Shown piece after piece: positions 24,841-39,643 of a DNA stretch of 64,000 nt; within the stretch, counting starts at the first letter, position 1, and each line of letters starts with the position of its first letter. Both the position numbers and the translations under genes were made by a program. Origin of the DNA: Felis catus (lineage: Eukaryota); contig NC_058368.1 of NCBI RefSeq assembly GCF_018350175.1, forward strand, positions 158,040,001 through 158,104,000, in the 5' to 3' direction. Under the pieces are notes generated by a model, which was given only the letters and a program-made list of their open reading frames with translations, was not told the origin of the DNA and did no database searches.

Positions 24841-27800
24841 CCAGATTTTAGATCACAAATAGCTACCCAAAGAACAAGAATGCCACTGAAGTTGAATTCA
24901 TTGGATCTAATGGATAATTTTCATAGTCTTCTCAGGAGAGATACTACAGCTAAATTGGCAGGTGGAGAGAAAGCTATCAATATTAAAAAAGGAATGTGTA
25001 TGGAAGAAGCAGAGGAACGATGTTGGGATCTTTCACATCATTTTTTTATAAGCAGAAAAAGTCAAATAGAGATACATTTTGATTAGTGCCCCATCTCTTT
25101 CCCTGTCTCTTTCTGTCCTCTCCCTCTCCCTTGAGCCTTTCTATCCCTATATATTGCATGTAAGAAGCTTGTCTAGTCTTCCAAAAAAGGAACTCATCAT
25201 AAGAGATAATCAGTAATAGTCATGTACCATAGCACTATCGTGTTTTCATAGTCTTGATAACCAGTTCTCATTTGTTACATTCTGCACAATGGCTTTTCTC
25301 TTTGCTTAATAAGTCAAACTTATTGTGAATCTATAAAACCCACAGAGCCAAGTGATAGGTAGTTCTAATTGAGATAAGAGCTTTCTTTTATATCCTTTAA
25401 AAGTAGTTTTCAGGATATTTTCTAGAATTTTAAATAAATATGCTGATACCTGATTTGTAACCCACGAAAGTCAATTTAAAATTCTTCATTGCCCACTCAC
25501 TTAGACTAAAAGGGATGTTGAGCTGAATCGTCTGTGGAGCTGGTTATTGCTTGCTTGGAGTCCAGTAAGAAGCACATATATTATAAGTGAAACTGTCTGT
25601 ATTCATTTTCAAAGCAGCAATATTTCAACCTCATCATAGAGCACTTCAGAAACAGCCCTTAACATTCTCTTTCCCTTAGAACAAAGAATCCTTTGAGGAG
25701 ATATGTGTAAGATACTTGTTTTCGAAATGAACTCAATTTTCTCATTGGGAGAATACACAAGAAGGTAAATAAATGGGGGAAAAACTTTTTGAAAACTTCC
25801 AGGGGAGGCATATATCTTCTACAAGTGATGGAAAGGATTTAAGCTGGTGGTATCAAATAACTGATGGCTAAAAATTGCCCGCTTATGTCTGAAGGGGAAG
25901 TAATAAAATATCATACTAATAAAAAGTAATAATCAGAGTCACTGTGAATCTACAAAACCTTATTTAATATCCCTTGACAACAATTTGAAAAAAAATCGAA
26001 GTAATTATCAAGACTCATTTTAAATTAAAACCTGGCCCTGGTGCCCCACGTCACTCTTACGCACACATGGTAACAAAAGAGACTTATGATGGCTTTGTGT
26101 ATATTGCGGCAGAGTTAGCTGGCTGGCCACCCTTATGATATAATCTCCTTCCACTGCAATTTAATTAAAACAGTGAAAGATCTGACCTTTGCTGGAGATT
26201 TTCTTATCCACAACACTAAAAATATCCCATGGAAGCAATCTGTCAATGTGATCTTTCAAGTACAATCCTGATAGTACTGGAGAAGAAGAGAAAGGAAATG
26301 AGAAAAACCAGAACCTACAAAGCTTAGCGCATAGTTAGTTGTGATGAAACCAGAGTCACAAGGTTTCTCTGAGGAGGATAATCCACCTAACTACATGAAG
26401 CAGTGGATGCAAGCCACTGATCTGGTGCCCACATATAATAAAAGCATGATAAGGGAGAATTGCCTACCATTCCCCCACCCCTCTTCTGGGAATTACCCTT
26501 GTGTCTATTTTGTTTTGGATGACACTTAGAGTCTTGAGAGTCTTCATTTATAGAAATTCATGGTAAGCCTTCTTGTCCCATAACCCCTAGAATTCTGTGC
26601 ATTCTGTAGCAGAAGATTTTGCAATGAAGAAATTATCCCTTTTTATTAATGGTACCAGGAGTTCACTACCCACTCAGTTGTGATGATTGAGATATTCCTG
26701 CCTGGTCATAGGATAAATGTTATTTATCTTCATTGCTATGGTGAGAGAGGAAATTTTCCCCTTTTCACCATGGGAATGTGGGTTTCTTATTTGAAATATA
26801 ATCTGATGGATAAGGAATAGAAATACTGGAGAGAAGTAGGGTATGACTCAAGATAAAATGGGGCCCATGATGAGGATGAAGTCCTGCTAATCATTCAGTA
26901 GAGAATAGCCAAAAAAAAAAAAAAAAACCCAAAAAACAAAAAAACAACACTGCATGTGAGATCAGACAGATCTGGAGTCAACTTCTTTACTACCTAGTCA
27001 CCACTGCCTAGGAAATACACTAGATACATCTAAGACCCAAGCTCAACCTATCAAGTGACAACAGTATTGATTTTACAGACTTGTCAGGATAATAGAGATA
27101 ACTTTAGTTTATCAGGAGAAGCTATTATCAACAGACAGGAAAATAAAAATATCACTAAAGAAATTGTGGGTCAAGATAGGAAGCCACAGATTCCCCAGCA
27201 AAATGTAACTTAAGTTAGATTCTAATGGCCAAACTCCTAATGTCAACCAAATGAATCAATTAGTACACTTTAGTCAATAACACTAACTGGTGCTTTAACT
27301 CTCCATGCTTTAATTAGTGTCCTATACCAACTGTGCATTTGGAAAACTGAGATGAAGCTCAGGCATGGGCAAAGGCTAGGAGAAACTGTGTTTTATTGAT
27401 ATATGTATCCAGAGGTGATCTTCAAATCTTTAATAGTCAGTGCAGAATAAGTATCAACCAATAAGAAAGGGTGTTGAGTATAGACAAGAAAGATAGCTGT
27501 GTCAGTTGCTAGGTGATTACCAATTCTGTACTTGTCTCTAGAGTCTGACATTAACCTTTGCACATAGTAAACACTCAATTAATATTTATTGAATTAAATT
27601 AACACTGTATTAAGCTGGTCACTTCATAAAAGTGAGAGTAAGTAGGGAAAAATTTGAATTAACAAAGATTAATTTGATGATTTGTAAAAGAATTATTCCA
27701 ACTTTGTCCCTCATGAAGTTTTTTCAGTCTTTGTGAATCAGTTTGGGTGTATGTGTCTGACTTAAATTTTATATTTCATTATTTTACTCTGGATAAAAAA

Positions 27801-27949
27801 CATACTTTGGATACTTTACATAATAAACTTATTTTTACTGACTATTAAAATCCATTTGTATCTTGATTTATTACAAAAGGGTGTAAAATAGCTCTATTTT
27901 GATTTATAGTTTACAAGGAGCTTTATCAGGATTCTTCTGGTGACACTTG

Positions 27950-28080
27950 AAAAATGAGCAGACAAGGCCAGAGAGATTAAGTGATTTGCACAAGTCAGAC
28001 AACTAGCAGACTCAAGGCTCATACCCAAATCATACGATTTCAAGTTCAGTACTAAGTTCTGTCTGCACCATGCAGCCTCT
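27950..28080 (-). mobile_element. MIR relic
   Basis: aggccagagagattaagtgatttgcacaagtc. Confidence 0.65.
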
Positions 28081-31077
28081 CGGCTGCCTACTTGAAGTCA
28101 ATGCCTGGCTTTATTTTAGGCAGACTCAACTTGTACTGACAATTAATTCTCTTAGTGTGGCATCCATCTTCTTAAGCTCCAAACTTCAACAGCTGGAGTT
28201 ACACCTGCATACACATATGTTTAATAAGTCAGTACATGTGATTGTGAGAATTCTTGTCAGTCTTTTTACATTTCTAGCACTCTCTGGTTCTTTTAAGAGG
28301 CTGGAATTTTTCTGAATATTTTCCTCTCGTAGGCCTTTGGTTACCATTACCCATAGCTGTGTTCCCCATCATAATTGTTAAGTTTGCTCGACACATACTG
28401 GTTGTTACTCTTAAGCAGACCTTCAGCCCAGCTAATGATTTAGTGTGAATAGATTGTAGTCATCAGAAAAGTGAAAGCCATTGCAATTTCATTTGGGATG
28501 AAACATACATACTTTGCTCTTCTACGTGTTTTTAAATCAAGTAAAAACTTTAATAATTACGTTCAGCAGAGGCATCTGGAAGATGTGTTGATAGTTGTTG
28601 GCAGCAGACACCAGATGGGTTATTCAATCTGGAACAGATGGTAAATTGATATGAAATAATGATAAGCCTGAACTTTTCCACCATTCCTAATTCTCATTTT
28701 CTATTGATAAGTTTACAATTTTGGTTTAACTCAGTTTTCTAAATTCCTCTTACTAATCCATATGGTTTTAAGAGGATAAGAGGAGAATTTTTCCCTTTGA
28801 TCAGAGAATATCTCAAGCCCTCAAAATACCTTGGTGTTGAATAATGAACTCCAATGAGCTCATGATATTATGGTTGAACTAAGAGGTTCATCATTGTTTT
28901 TATGGCCACAGATCTAGGATTTTTCTATCCCTGCTCTGTTAATTAATGCTACCCTCTTCCCTCCCCCTTGTGCCTCCTCCTATTCTGTACTGTCAACTAA
29001 ATTCCTTGGGGGAACTCATCGCAAAGGAAAGCAGCCAGATGGTAATAAGTACACTTTTGTTAAAAGCTTAATAAATGTCCAATATCCAAATATATCTCTC
29101 TACAAAGGCAGGGGTGAAGTAAACAAGTTAGAGATAAGTCGTAAATGTGACTTCTACCACTTCTGAAATTGAAATCTTCAGCTACATGCATGGCATAAGG
29201 AAAACAAGGGAAGAAAGGAGAGTTTTCTAGTTCTGTGGATTTTCTGCCTCATCTTGAGAGAAATGGTCACAGGGTCACTGAAGATAGCCCATAGGTCCTC
29301 TTACCTAGTCTCATGGATGGAAGGGTGAGAGCTAAACTGGTGATATACATGGACAGAACAAACACTCATGTTAATGCTGCCTAAGTTGACCAATCAAATC
29401 ATCAACCCTCTTTCCTTGGAAATGGGAAAGAATCTAGGAAGGGGTAGAATTTGTGTAGAAAGAAAAGGTGGTAACCCACTACCTGGATGTTATCACATGG
29501 AGTGATATCCAGAGTTCTAGAAAGTTAGTGCCACATCCATAATTCTTACTTAATTCCATAATGCCTAGAATTCTACTAATATAATCTGTTCAGCATTTTA
29601 TTTTAGATATTTTTATAGCTAATGAAATATAATTTTAAAATTATCAAAGCTCATTTGGTGGCCTGAAGAAGAGAATATGGGGAAAAAATGGGCACCAAAA
29701 GTGGGAGTACAGGGAGAGTAGGGGAGAAGAGATACCCAAATGTAAATAGTTCAACACTAGAATCATTGAAGAGGAACATGTTTTGCTTTGGGCTGGCCTT
29801 AGAAATCAGATAAGGTGTAACAAAATCTTCTTAATAATTATCTTACTAGCTGTGTAACAGTGAACTTGTTTCATGGAAGCAGGGAATGAGCCCAGAGAGA
29901 CTCCATCTTCTCTCAGTTCCAACTCAAAGGTTTTCCTTTCTGTATTTGAAATAGAAGACAGAGGACTGACAGAAGCATCCTCATTTATGAACTACCCATC
30001 TTACTAATCACTGGGGATAAACAAAGAGCACACTACGACTAAAACTTAGGATTTCCTTTTGATCTCTTGAATTCTCTTGAATTTTTTTCCTTTAATTTTA
30101 CTTGGAGACAGTTGCAGAAGTTATATAGGTGGTTTCTAGGACCACTGCAGAGCACCTCTAGACTCCTAGAGAAGTCTAACATAAATAGTATTTATAAAAT
30201 TAACAAGAAAAATATATACTAGATCAAGGCAGAACCTAAAAGGCTATCATAAAGATAGACAATGTCTCCAAAGATAGGAGAGAGGTAAGATGCCATCATA
30301 TCTTCTGCCAAAGTCAAGGAAAGATGGGAGCTGAGTGCCAGTGGGAATTCAGGGTCTTGTAGTGGTGATGTACGGCCCAGAATTACCATCTCAGGAAGGC
30401 AGGATCACTAGTAATCCATGCTCCTGAGAAAAAGGCAGCCAGCACTCTGAATTCCCAGTTGAAGGAACAGCTATCATCTGCTATTGTAGATTCCTAAGAG
30501 CACATTCTGGGGAGAAACATACTACATTATAAGATGGGATTTTGGTTCAAATCCGTGTGTGATTATCTACCTCAATGAGTATAACCAAACCATGCAAAGG
30601 CCTAGACAAACAGAATTCTTGAAGTTACATTCCTTACATCCCTCGAGTTTCATACAGTTATCTCATGGGCTGCCTCAGGGAGCATTAGAAAGTTGAACAG
30701 GTGGATTTTCCCCTTGTACCTCATCAAATTCCCACTAGAATATTCACTTCCATTTGTATATTACACTGGGTTCTATGTAGGATCTCTTGGGGACAGATTT
30801 GGTCACTAAAAAGTGTAAATTCCTCATTGGCATTGATAAAGTTGACCCTTAGAGTCTGCTCCTTGGATTCTTCCCTATGGACTCTACCCTGGTCCCCAGG
30901 TGGTGTCCAGTGAATATCTCTTGGTATCTTTTAGCTATGACATGGACCTCTAAAAGATTACCTTGGGAAAGAAAAGCATAAGACCATTAAATATCAGAAA
31001 TTAGCCAATCAAAAAGTAGGCATACTGTACAGAAGGTAGTTTTTTACTTCTTGACCCTTTCCATTGAAGGCCAACCT

Positions 31078-31290
31078 GTAGATCTCAACCAGGAGAGGAC
31101 CCCTTCCTCCACTGGGGCATTGGAAAGTATATGAGGCTGTTTGGGGGCTGTAATAATAATTTTAGAGTATCATTGTAATCCTTACTAGGGTCCAGAAATG
31201 TTAAACTTTTGTAAAATCTGGGACAGTTCTATATAATGAGGTTGTACCTCCTCACCAGAATGCCAGTAAAATAGTTATTCAAAAACATTG
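31078..31290. mobile_element. MER20-like hAT MITE relic
   Basis: tctcaaccaggag...gggtccagaaatgttaaac...ggacagttc...aaaacattg. Confidence 0.55.
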
Positions 31291-34200
31291 CAGAACGATG
31301 GCCTACTCTCCAACATAGCAAAATCACAGGAATTTTGTGCTCCTAGTATTCTTCCTAGAGATTAGAGAAGATGGATATTTGTCTTTCATATAAATGGATA
31401 CATCATGCTGTCAAATCATAAGAACATTAAACTTAAATCACCATTTCCTAATTTCATATTTTCTCAGTATCATTTGGAAGCCCATATGGATTGTTCCATT
31501 TCCAACATCAGTTATTGTCTTACCACAAATTAATGCATTAGCTATCTGGTTCTTAGATTTTGGTATATCATGAACTTGAGTTAATGTGAATTGGTCCTTG
31601 AGACAGATCTCTTCTCAGACACTAATATTATCAGGCCTTAGAGACTGTAGAACAAAGGACTCTATACCATGGATAAGTCACAAAGTTTAAGCCATTTTAG
31701 GGTACTCTGGGTAGCCTGATAACATCTCTGCCTTAATATGAAACTCCTTTTAAACTATAGTATAAATAATTCTCTTGAAGGAAATACTTAGCCAAGGATC
31801 AAATTCAAAATTTAATTCTGGAGTATGAATTTTAAAAGCATATGAATAAAACTCAATGTATATTCTGTCATTGCTATGAATCAGGATGGCATCAGAATAC
31901 GGCACTGACCACAAAATGTTAAACAGAAGATTGAGGTGTATGACATTATACATTAGGAACAAAAATGCAAACACTTTTATGTAAGATTTTTCTCTAGCAT
32001 TCTACTAACCATTAATAATCTCCGTTTTGCTTTTATGTAACTAATGAGAATTTTATACAATATGACTAACTCATAAAATTTTAATAAAATTGGACACATG
32101 GCTAAAAATATCACCTGTTACTGTAATTATAAAGGCAACTTTATGCTTCAGAACTGAACCAAGTGGGATTAGAAAAAGCAATCTCTTTGAGAAAAGTTAT
32201 TTGTTTGCTAATTCAGTGTGTTATGGGAAGGATTGTCCTTAACTCAATAGTCTTACCCAGGGTTGAAGTGAATGTAAAAAATTTGGGGAATTTTAGTCCC
32301 TTTTCCTGGGAATTCAGTGTTCCCTGATAAATAAACTTAGGTATTTCTTCCTGAATGGTAAGAAGTCATTACCAGTGTTTAATGATATCCAGAATTAAAA
32401 AGCAACAGTCAAAAAACTGAGTATTTGCAAAATACACACTGAAGAACCATACTTCTCCCATTTTTGTTACACATCTTACAATATTTTTCCAATGTGAAAA
32501 AATGCAAGACCCAAAAATAACAGCTTAATAATAACTGCCATTTTTTGAGTGGTGTATGTGAACATGGCACTTTGGCCAAATGCCTTACATATTACAGAGT
32601 GCCTGGTGAGATGTAATAGTTATTTTAATCCAGAGAAGCTTGCATACAGGTGTTTCCTGATAGAGGTAGCAGGCCCCTTAGAGCAGATTTTTGTTGGAAT
32701 AGGCTCTGTTTCCTATGCAAATTTACAGCGGTGAATGGTAACCATTTTCTTGGAAGAAGGATGCAGCAGAACCTTCTGTGACCTGACAAAGGCTTTATCT
32801 CTATCCTTGGCACTAGAAAAACTTTAGTATATTTACTTACAGAATAATATGCCTTTGGGGAGAAATAAGAACAAGACCCTAAATTCTCCTTTTGAAGTTT
32901 AACTTTCTTTGAACTTCTACAATGAATGGAAATGGCAAAACGGATTTTTCAGGTAGGAAAAGACACCAAGGACCCGAAAGAGCAGCGTGGCTTGAAAGAA
33001 GGGGGCATGATAGGTGACCTGGAATCAATATCAGACATGACCACCTTTGTGCAAACTTGACCTCAGAAGAACTTAATTGGGCCCAATGATTGGATTCACA
33101 AAACTCCTGGAGAACCCATTTAGTTTATATGGCAAATGCTCAGCTATCCAAAGCCCTTTGTTTCGATCAAGTAAGGGAATGACAAATTTTGAGAAGATAA
33201 TTACAAACAGTTGTCTTGCATTTGCAAACACTGATCTAGGTTTCAACAGAGACTCATAGGTGCAACAATTTCTCTTCTGTTTTCAAGCCAGATTGAAGTA
33301 GATTTAAGGGTGAATAAGGAGTAACTTGGGTCCAGTTTTACTAAGGTCAAGCCCCTCTTCTTCCATGAATAAAGAAACTCATAATGGCACCAGGGTTGCC
33401 ATTTACATATGTGCAGATTGGGTAGTACAGAATCACAGAGAATAATGTCTTCGTTGATTACAAAGGAAACTGTTCTGTTGATGGTGCAGATTGCATATAA
33501 TTCACTACATTTCCATTATTATATAATATTTTACATGCACATATGCACACATCACAGAAATCTACAGTAAGAAAAGGAGTAATAATTACTTCTGGCTGTC
33601 ATAGATGCCCCATGTGTTAGGTCAACATAGTCACATATGAGTTATGGCTGATAGTGGGAAATCAGACATAAGATTTTATTTGCATACTTCCCTTCCCCTT
33701 TCCTGCCCTTCCAGCCTGATCCCCTTCCCCAAGACTATCAATAACAACAGTGTCTAGGGAATGTGGTCCCTCTTGTTTACTGACAGGCCCCAACAGCCCA
33801 TAGGGGATGCCCCCCTCTTTTCACACAGCTGGGATTTGAGGTGACATTTCTATCACATAGAGACAGAGGCAATTAAACTGTGGCTTATTAGTGCCACTTA
33901 GTTCAGGAACAATGGTTTTGATGCTTTCAATAAGAAAGAATCTACTTTGAGATGGACTTGATGACTTCCAGAGGTCCTTCTATGTCACTTCAGACAGTAA
34001 TGAAGAAGAAAATGCAGCTGTAGATCAGTCTTCATAAGATATGACATCTGAACACATGTGCTCTCTGGTGCTTTAGACATCCACAAAACAGAGCTGAGTC
34101 CTCACAGAACCTACCACTGGTGAGGGCCTGGTAAGTGTCACCAAAGGATTATTAGCTTCCCTGCAATGACTTTCCATTGCTCTTGGAACAAAGCTGAAAA

Positions 34201-34389
34201 TATCTAACATGATCTATTATGCTCCGGGCTCTTACCTAGGCCCATTTATTTCTCTGGCCTGCTATCTTCCCATCCTCCCACCTGCTATACGTAGAGATTG
34301 TAACAGGCCACTACCCAAATAATTCTCAACCAAAATTTTAGCAAAAGGGCTCATGTGTGTATGTGTGTGTGCACGTGTGCACTTGTACA

Positions 34390-36065
34390 TGTATAAACTG
34401 ACAAATTGACATGCTGATCCAAATTTCATGTAAATTGTAAAAGACCAGAAATAGCAAGTCGGAGTCAGTCTTGAAAAAGAACAATAAAGCTGGAGGAGGT
34501 GTTCTACCCATTATCAGAACATATTAAAAAATGATAGCAACAGTGTGGTACTGGCATAATCATAAACAAATTGGCTAATGGAAGAGAAATAGGGAGTCTA
34601 GAAACACACACACACACACACGACAAAAATCATGCTGCATGGCAGTGGTGAAAAGATAGTCATTACACAAGTGTTGCTAAATTAGTTGCTTGCCCATACA
34701 GGAAAAAAATGTACCTGAATCCCTACCTCAAACTATATGCAAAAATCAATTCCAGAGGAATTGTAGATCTGAATACAAAGTGAGAAACAATAAAAATTTT
34801 TAGAGGAAAACTATGGGAGATTATTTTGGGGTAAACAAAAATTTCTTAAATAGGACACAAAAAGTGCCTGATATTAAAAACAAAACCAAAACACTTCTGT
34901 TTATCAAAGAACACCAATAAGGTACTGAAAAGGCAAGCCACTCAGTGGGAAATATTTGCAGTACAAATGCCGAACAAAAGACGCATATGTATCAACAATA
35001 TATGACTCCCATAATTCAATGAGTAAAAGATAAACAAAACAATTGAAAAATGAGTAAGAGATTCAGAGACACTTTTTTGTTTGTTTATTTAGGGAGAGTG
35101 CACAAATCAGGGAGAGGGACAGAGGGAATGAGAGAGAATCTTAAGCAGGCTCCACGCTCATGGGGGAGCCCAACGTGGGCTCAATCCCATGAGCCTGGGA
35201 TAGTGACTTGAGCAGAAATCAAGAGTCAGATGGTCACTCCACTGACTGAACCACCCAGATGCCCCCAGAGGCACTTTAAAAAGAGAATATGGAAACATGG
35301 AAAGGTACTCAAGCTTAATAGTCATCAGACACATGTGAATTAAAATTACAGTGTGATGTCTATACACACTTACCAGAATGGCTAAAATTAAAAAGACTGA
35401 CAATACCAAATCCTGGTGATAATGTGGCACAACTTGAACTTTTACATATTGGAGGTGAGAATGTAGATAGAAATAACCAGGTTGAGTACTGTTTGGCAAT
35501 ATTTAAGTATTTCAATTTAAAATGATTATATGAAAGACCTATGACATTGTAATTCCATTCTTAGATATATACTCAACAGGAATAAACATTAGAAATATGT
35601 GTAGGAATATTCACAGCTACGCCATTTTGTAATAATTGCAAATTAAAAACAACCCAAATATCTACCAATAATACAGTGGATAAATAGTGTTCTAATCATA
35701 CAGTGGAACAAGATACACAACAAAGATGAATAAACTGAAACTACATAAAACGAAGTGGATGAACCTCACAAAATTGAGAGAAAGAAGCCAGACACAGAAT
35801 AGTACATATTATACAATGCGATCTCTTACATAAAGTTCCAAAACTGGCAAAACTAAGGTATTAGGACTGAGTGCAGGTAATACCGCCTCAGGGGTTAGTA
35901 ATTCAAAGTGGACACAGAGGTGTCTGAGAGGCTGGTAATATTCTGTGCCTTGACTGGCTGTTGGCTACACAGGTGTATCCAGTTTATAAAAAGTCACTGA
36001 GCTATACATTTGATTTGTGTACTTTTCTTTATGTATATAATGTTTGGATAAAATAATTCACTTTT
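34390..36065 (+). mobile_element. Old L1M (end of ORF2 plus 3' UTR)
   Basis: acagtgtggtactggcat, aaaatcaattccaga, gaatggctaaaattaaaaagactgacaataccaaa, aaagaagccagacaca. Confidence 0.85.
35076..35265 (-). mobile_element. Can-SINE (older subfamily) nested in L1
   Basis: TSD cagag(a/g)cacttt. Confidence 0.92.
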
Positions 36066-36199
36066 TAAAAATTTGACTTGGGAAGGAATCTTCAAAGTTG
36101 CTACCTACTCTTGTTTGAGGGAAGCCCCTACTCTGTTAAAGCTCAGCCCAAGGAAGCTGTAGGGAAACCCTATTTAAAAGAAAAAAACTAAAGAGATCC

Positions 36200-36295
36200 C
36201 TGGAGTGATAATTGTTTAAGTTGGGTCATAGATACATGTGACTTCATTATATTATTCTAATCTTGTATGTGTTTTAAATTTTCCATAATAAATGC
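36200..36295 (+). mobile_element. L1MC-like 3' tip
   Basis: ttcattatattattct..ttgtatgtgttttaaattttccataataaa. Confidence 0.6.
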
Positions 36296-38269
36296 GATTT
36301 TTTTCTAAAAATCAATGGAATATAAATCCTGACTTGCATCCAAATCAAATCAGCAACGACTGTAAATCTCTTCCTACTCTAATATGTTAATCCCCTATGG
36401 AAACATTGTCACCAGAGCTTTTTGCTCATGCAGGAAAGCTCTCCTCCTGGTTACTTGAATCTTTGAAGAGTTCTCTCTTGGGTATTCTGTTTTTCTGTCC
36501 TTGAAAATAAAGATGTTACTATTTTCTCTTGTCAAGATGCCCACCAGTCAATTACATTCTTTTCCATTCTAGTGTCACCACCTAATGAATGGTTAAAAGA
36601 CAAATATAAACTTCAATGCAGAGCACATAGGGAAGTTGATAAAACTAAAGGCTATTGAGCCGAGAAGAGGAGACTAGATGTCAGGCTAATGAGAGGCCCT
36701 CAGCCAAACCAGCCAAAAAGGAAATGATTAATTATGGGAGTGTAGCAGTAGAGATGCCCCCAAGCAGTTCAGTGAAGTGGAATGACATAGGTTTAGAGAA
36801 CAAGATAACAGGCCAATTGATTCAGGAGTGGGAAAGATATATTTTTAAATGTGTATGTCACATACACATGGCCCTATTTTTACAAAAAAAAACAAAAAAA
36901 AACAAAACAAGAAATGCTTTCAAAGGTCAATAAAGTTACAGATAACAGCTACAGATGATTTTATTTTCTGTATACCAAAATATTCTGCCTAAATTAAGGG
37001 GTAGAAACAAGAGATTTACAAAAACTGATTTATTTTTAAAACCCATAGAGAAAATAGTCACCATTCAAGAAGTTACACACCCCTATATGTAAAAATACCT
37101 AACTGATTTAGTTCTAGTTTGAAATTAACATTTTTATATACCATACCGTTTTTATACCATTTTAGTTATCTTCAGGGTTGAACTTCTGTTCAGTTTTTCT
37201 CCTCTTCATCCTGGAGGAAGTACTGTGCCTTCCCAGGTATGAAATAAAGTGAAGTTTTCCTTTGTCTTGCAATATAATTGTACTCCCTCTCGTGCCTTTC
37301 TGCCAGAGAAAGAATAAGGGAAAGTAGGGTTAATTTCCTCACTAACTAAATCAAAACTCCCCTGTTGGGAGTTGGGCAAACAGCAAAAAATAAACTTTCA
37401 AATGTAGCTCAGTACGTTGGCAATTCTAAACTAACGTGTATCCCCACAAACTCCAAGCCTCATGCTACCCTTACTATGAGCCACAGGGTTTGAAATATGG
37501 CAGGGCAAAGGTTTATTGATGTTGTAGCGGAAGTAGGAAGTAGGAAATAGCAAAGAATCCGTGTTACTCTGCAATGAGAAAATTCATTGAAGTTAACCAA
37601 GAAAAAAGTCAAAATATAAAACATGTCTTCCCTTCCTCTTTCAGCAGTGTCTGGACTTCTGCTAACCACTCATGGCATAGAGTTACAGGACAGAGCAGGA
37701 TCGGGCAGTCCAAGAACAGCAAGGGCAAGCAAAGAGGCTGAACCATTGCCAAGAGAATGAGAAAGGAGCCTCAGATTTCTTTGAGGATACTGAGCTCCCT
37801 TGTAGCAGTACAAGCCAAGGGTAATGGTGACTTGTGCTGGGTAGTTTTCAGCATATATTGACTGATCCTTATCCACACTTGGATAATATCCAGAAATTAA
37901 AATAAAATACAAGTAATCATTCACATGAGTTGGGGTTGAGATTTATCTTTTTTCTGAAAGTAGTAAGACTCCTAATGTAAGAACACAATGACCAGGAAAG
38001 CATGGAACAGCAAGAACAGAATGAAGCCAGAAACAGTCTTCTTAACCACACCTGCTAAACCTTTTTAACCAATCCCTTAGTGTGGAAGAATTGAATGAAA
38101 TCAGTGTCAAAATGAACATCAACTCTTTTATAGATATTATTCTTTTCTTTATATTAGTACTTTAACTGTATAATAACATATTCACAAATAATCTACAGTG
38201 AGTGCTCACACATTCTGAGCTCCTTGGTTTTAGCCTGCAGGTGGAAGAATTCTTGTCTATATTTGGCAG

Positions 38270-38734
38270 CAAGAACAGGATCTAGGTGTTGCTGGTTCCA
38301 GGACTGATGTCATCAATAACCTAGTTTCTCTCCACCTTTGTGCTCCCCTCCCAGCATATCAATTTTCTTCTTCAAGTTTGTCCCCTTAGGGTCACAGGAT
38401 GGTGATGTCAGTTTCAGGCATCACTTCTGTATCCAATTATATCCCAAAATAGGATGGCCAGTTTGTCCTCAGGTGTCTCTTTTATTTAGAAATTTTTCTA
38501 AGAATCACTCAAAGACCTTGCCATATCTCATTGGTCAGAACAAAGGCATATGTCTAAGTGTTGGTAAGGAGAATGGGATTATAATTGTGGTGTAAACTAA
38601 TCACAATTTGTCCCTTGGTGCTGAGCCACTTTCCTTATGTGCCATGCCTCTTAATATCTAGATAAACCTAGGGTTTTATTAGCATAAATAAAGGGAGATC
38701 AGATTTTGGAATGACAACAAATACCTCCTGCTCA
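38270..38734 (-). mobile_element. Old MaLR LTR (MLT1J/K-like)
   Basis: ggtcacaggatgg..caggcatcac; tatctcattggtcagaa; gggttttattagca. Confidence 0.65.
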
Positions 38735-38766
38735 ATTCATAAATTTCTGTATTAGGAAACCTACCA

Positions 38767-38995
38767 GGGGGGCGCTGGAATGGCTGAGTGGATTAGGCAC
38801 CTGATTTCAGCTCAGGTCATGATCTTGCTGTTTGTGAGTTCGAGCCTTGTGTAGGGCTATGTTCTGACAGCTCAGAGCCTGGAGCCTGTTTTGAATTCTT
38901 TGTCTCCCTCTCTGTTCCTCCCCTGCTTATCCTTGCTCTCTTTCTTTCTCTCTCTCTCTCTCTCTGAAAAATAAATAAACAGTAACTTAAAAAAA
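38767..38995 (+). mobile_element. Can-SINE (felid type)
   Basis: tgacagctcagagcctggagcctg core; A-tail; short accagg TSD. Confidence 0.94.
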
Positions 38996-39605
38996 TCACC
39001 AGGTATTATCATAGATATTGAAACTAGGTATACATAAACATTGTCTATGATAATGACAGTCCTGTTTCCCATAGTGCAGCAACCAATATATAGTAGTATG
39101 TAATTAAATCTTTTCTGAGTAGCCATTATGTTCTTGTCATAATAAAGTACAATGATAAGGTCAGTCAACCCTCAATGAATTCACCATCTAATAGAGTGTT
39201 GGGGTATAATTAAGATGTTGAAGATCACCAAGAAATCAAGGTGATAAGAAGCAACAAATAAAAAAATGCACATGACAGAATTCACTATAATGAGAAAGCT
39301 TATAGTCGAGGTGGAGGGTAGGATCAATGCTAGCAAATTAATTACAGAATAATTAGGTAAAGTTGAAGTAGTAGATTAGGTTGCTTTGGAATGCTGCTCT
39401 GAAGTTACCTTTAACTTATTTGGAGAGCCTATGGGAATTTTTGAGTATAGTCATGTCATGACTGTATCCTCTGTTTAAAGAAAAACATGATGGCAGGGAC
39501 ATGAGAAAAAAAAGTACTGTGTCTAGAAGAGCCACTATAATAGCTATTAAATGTGTAACTGTGAAGCACTATAACCTAAACTTAGGATGTGATGGTGGTT
39601 ATGGT

Positions 39606-39643
39606 ATTGCTTCTTGGCCTTTTGGCCAAGATCAATTGTGGTA
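39606..39643 (+). pseudogene. 3'-truncated U2 snRNA retropseudogene (U2 nt 1 to ~38)
   Basis: ATTGCTTCTTGGCCTTTTGGCCAAGATCAATTGTGGTA matches the U2 5' end ATCGCTTCTCGGCCTTTTGGCTAAGATCAAGTGTAGTA at 33/38; two mismatches are CpG decay. Confidence 0.9.
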
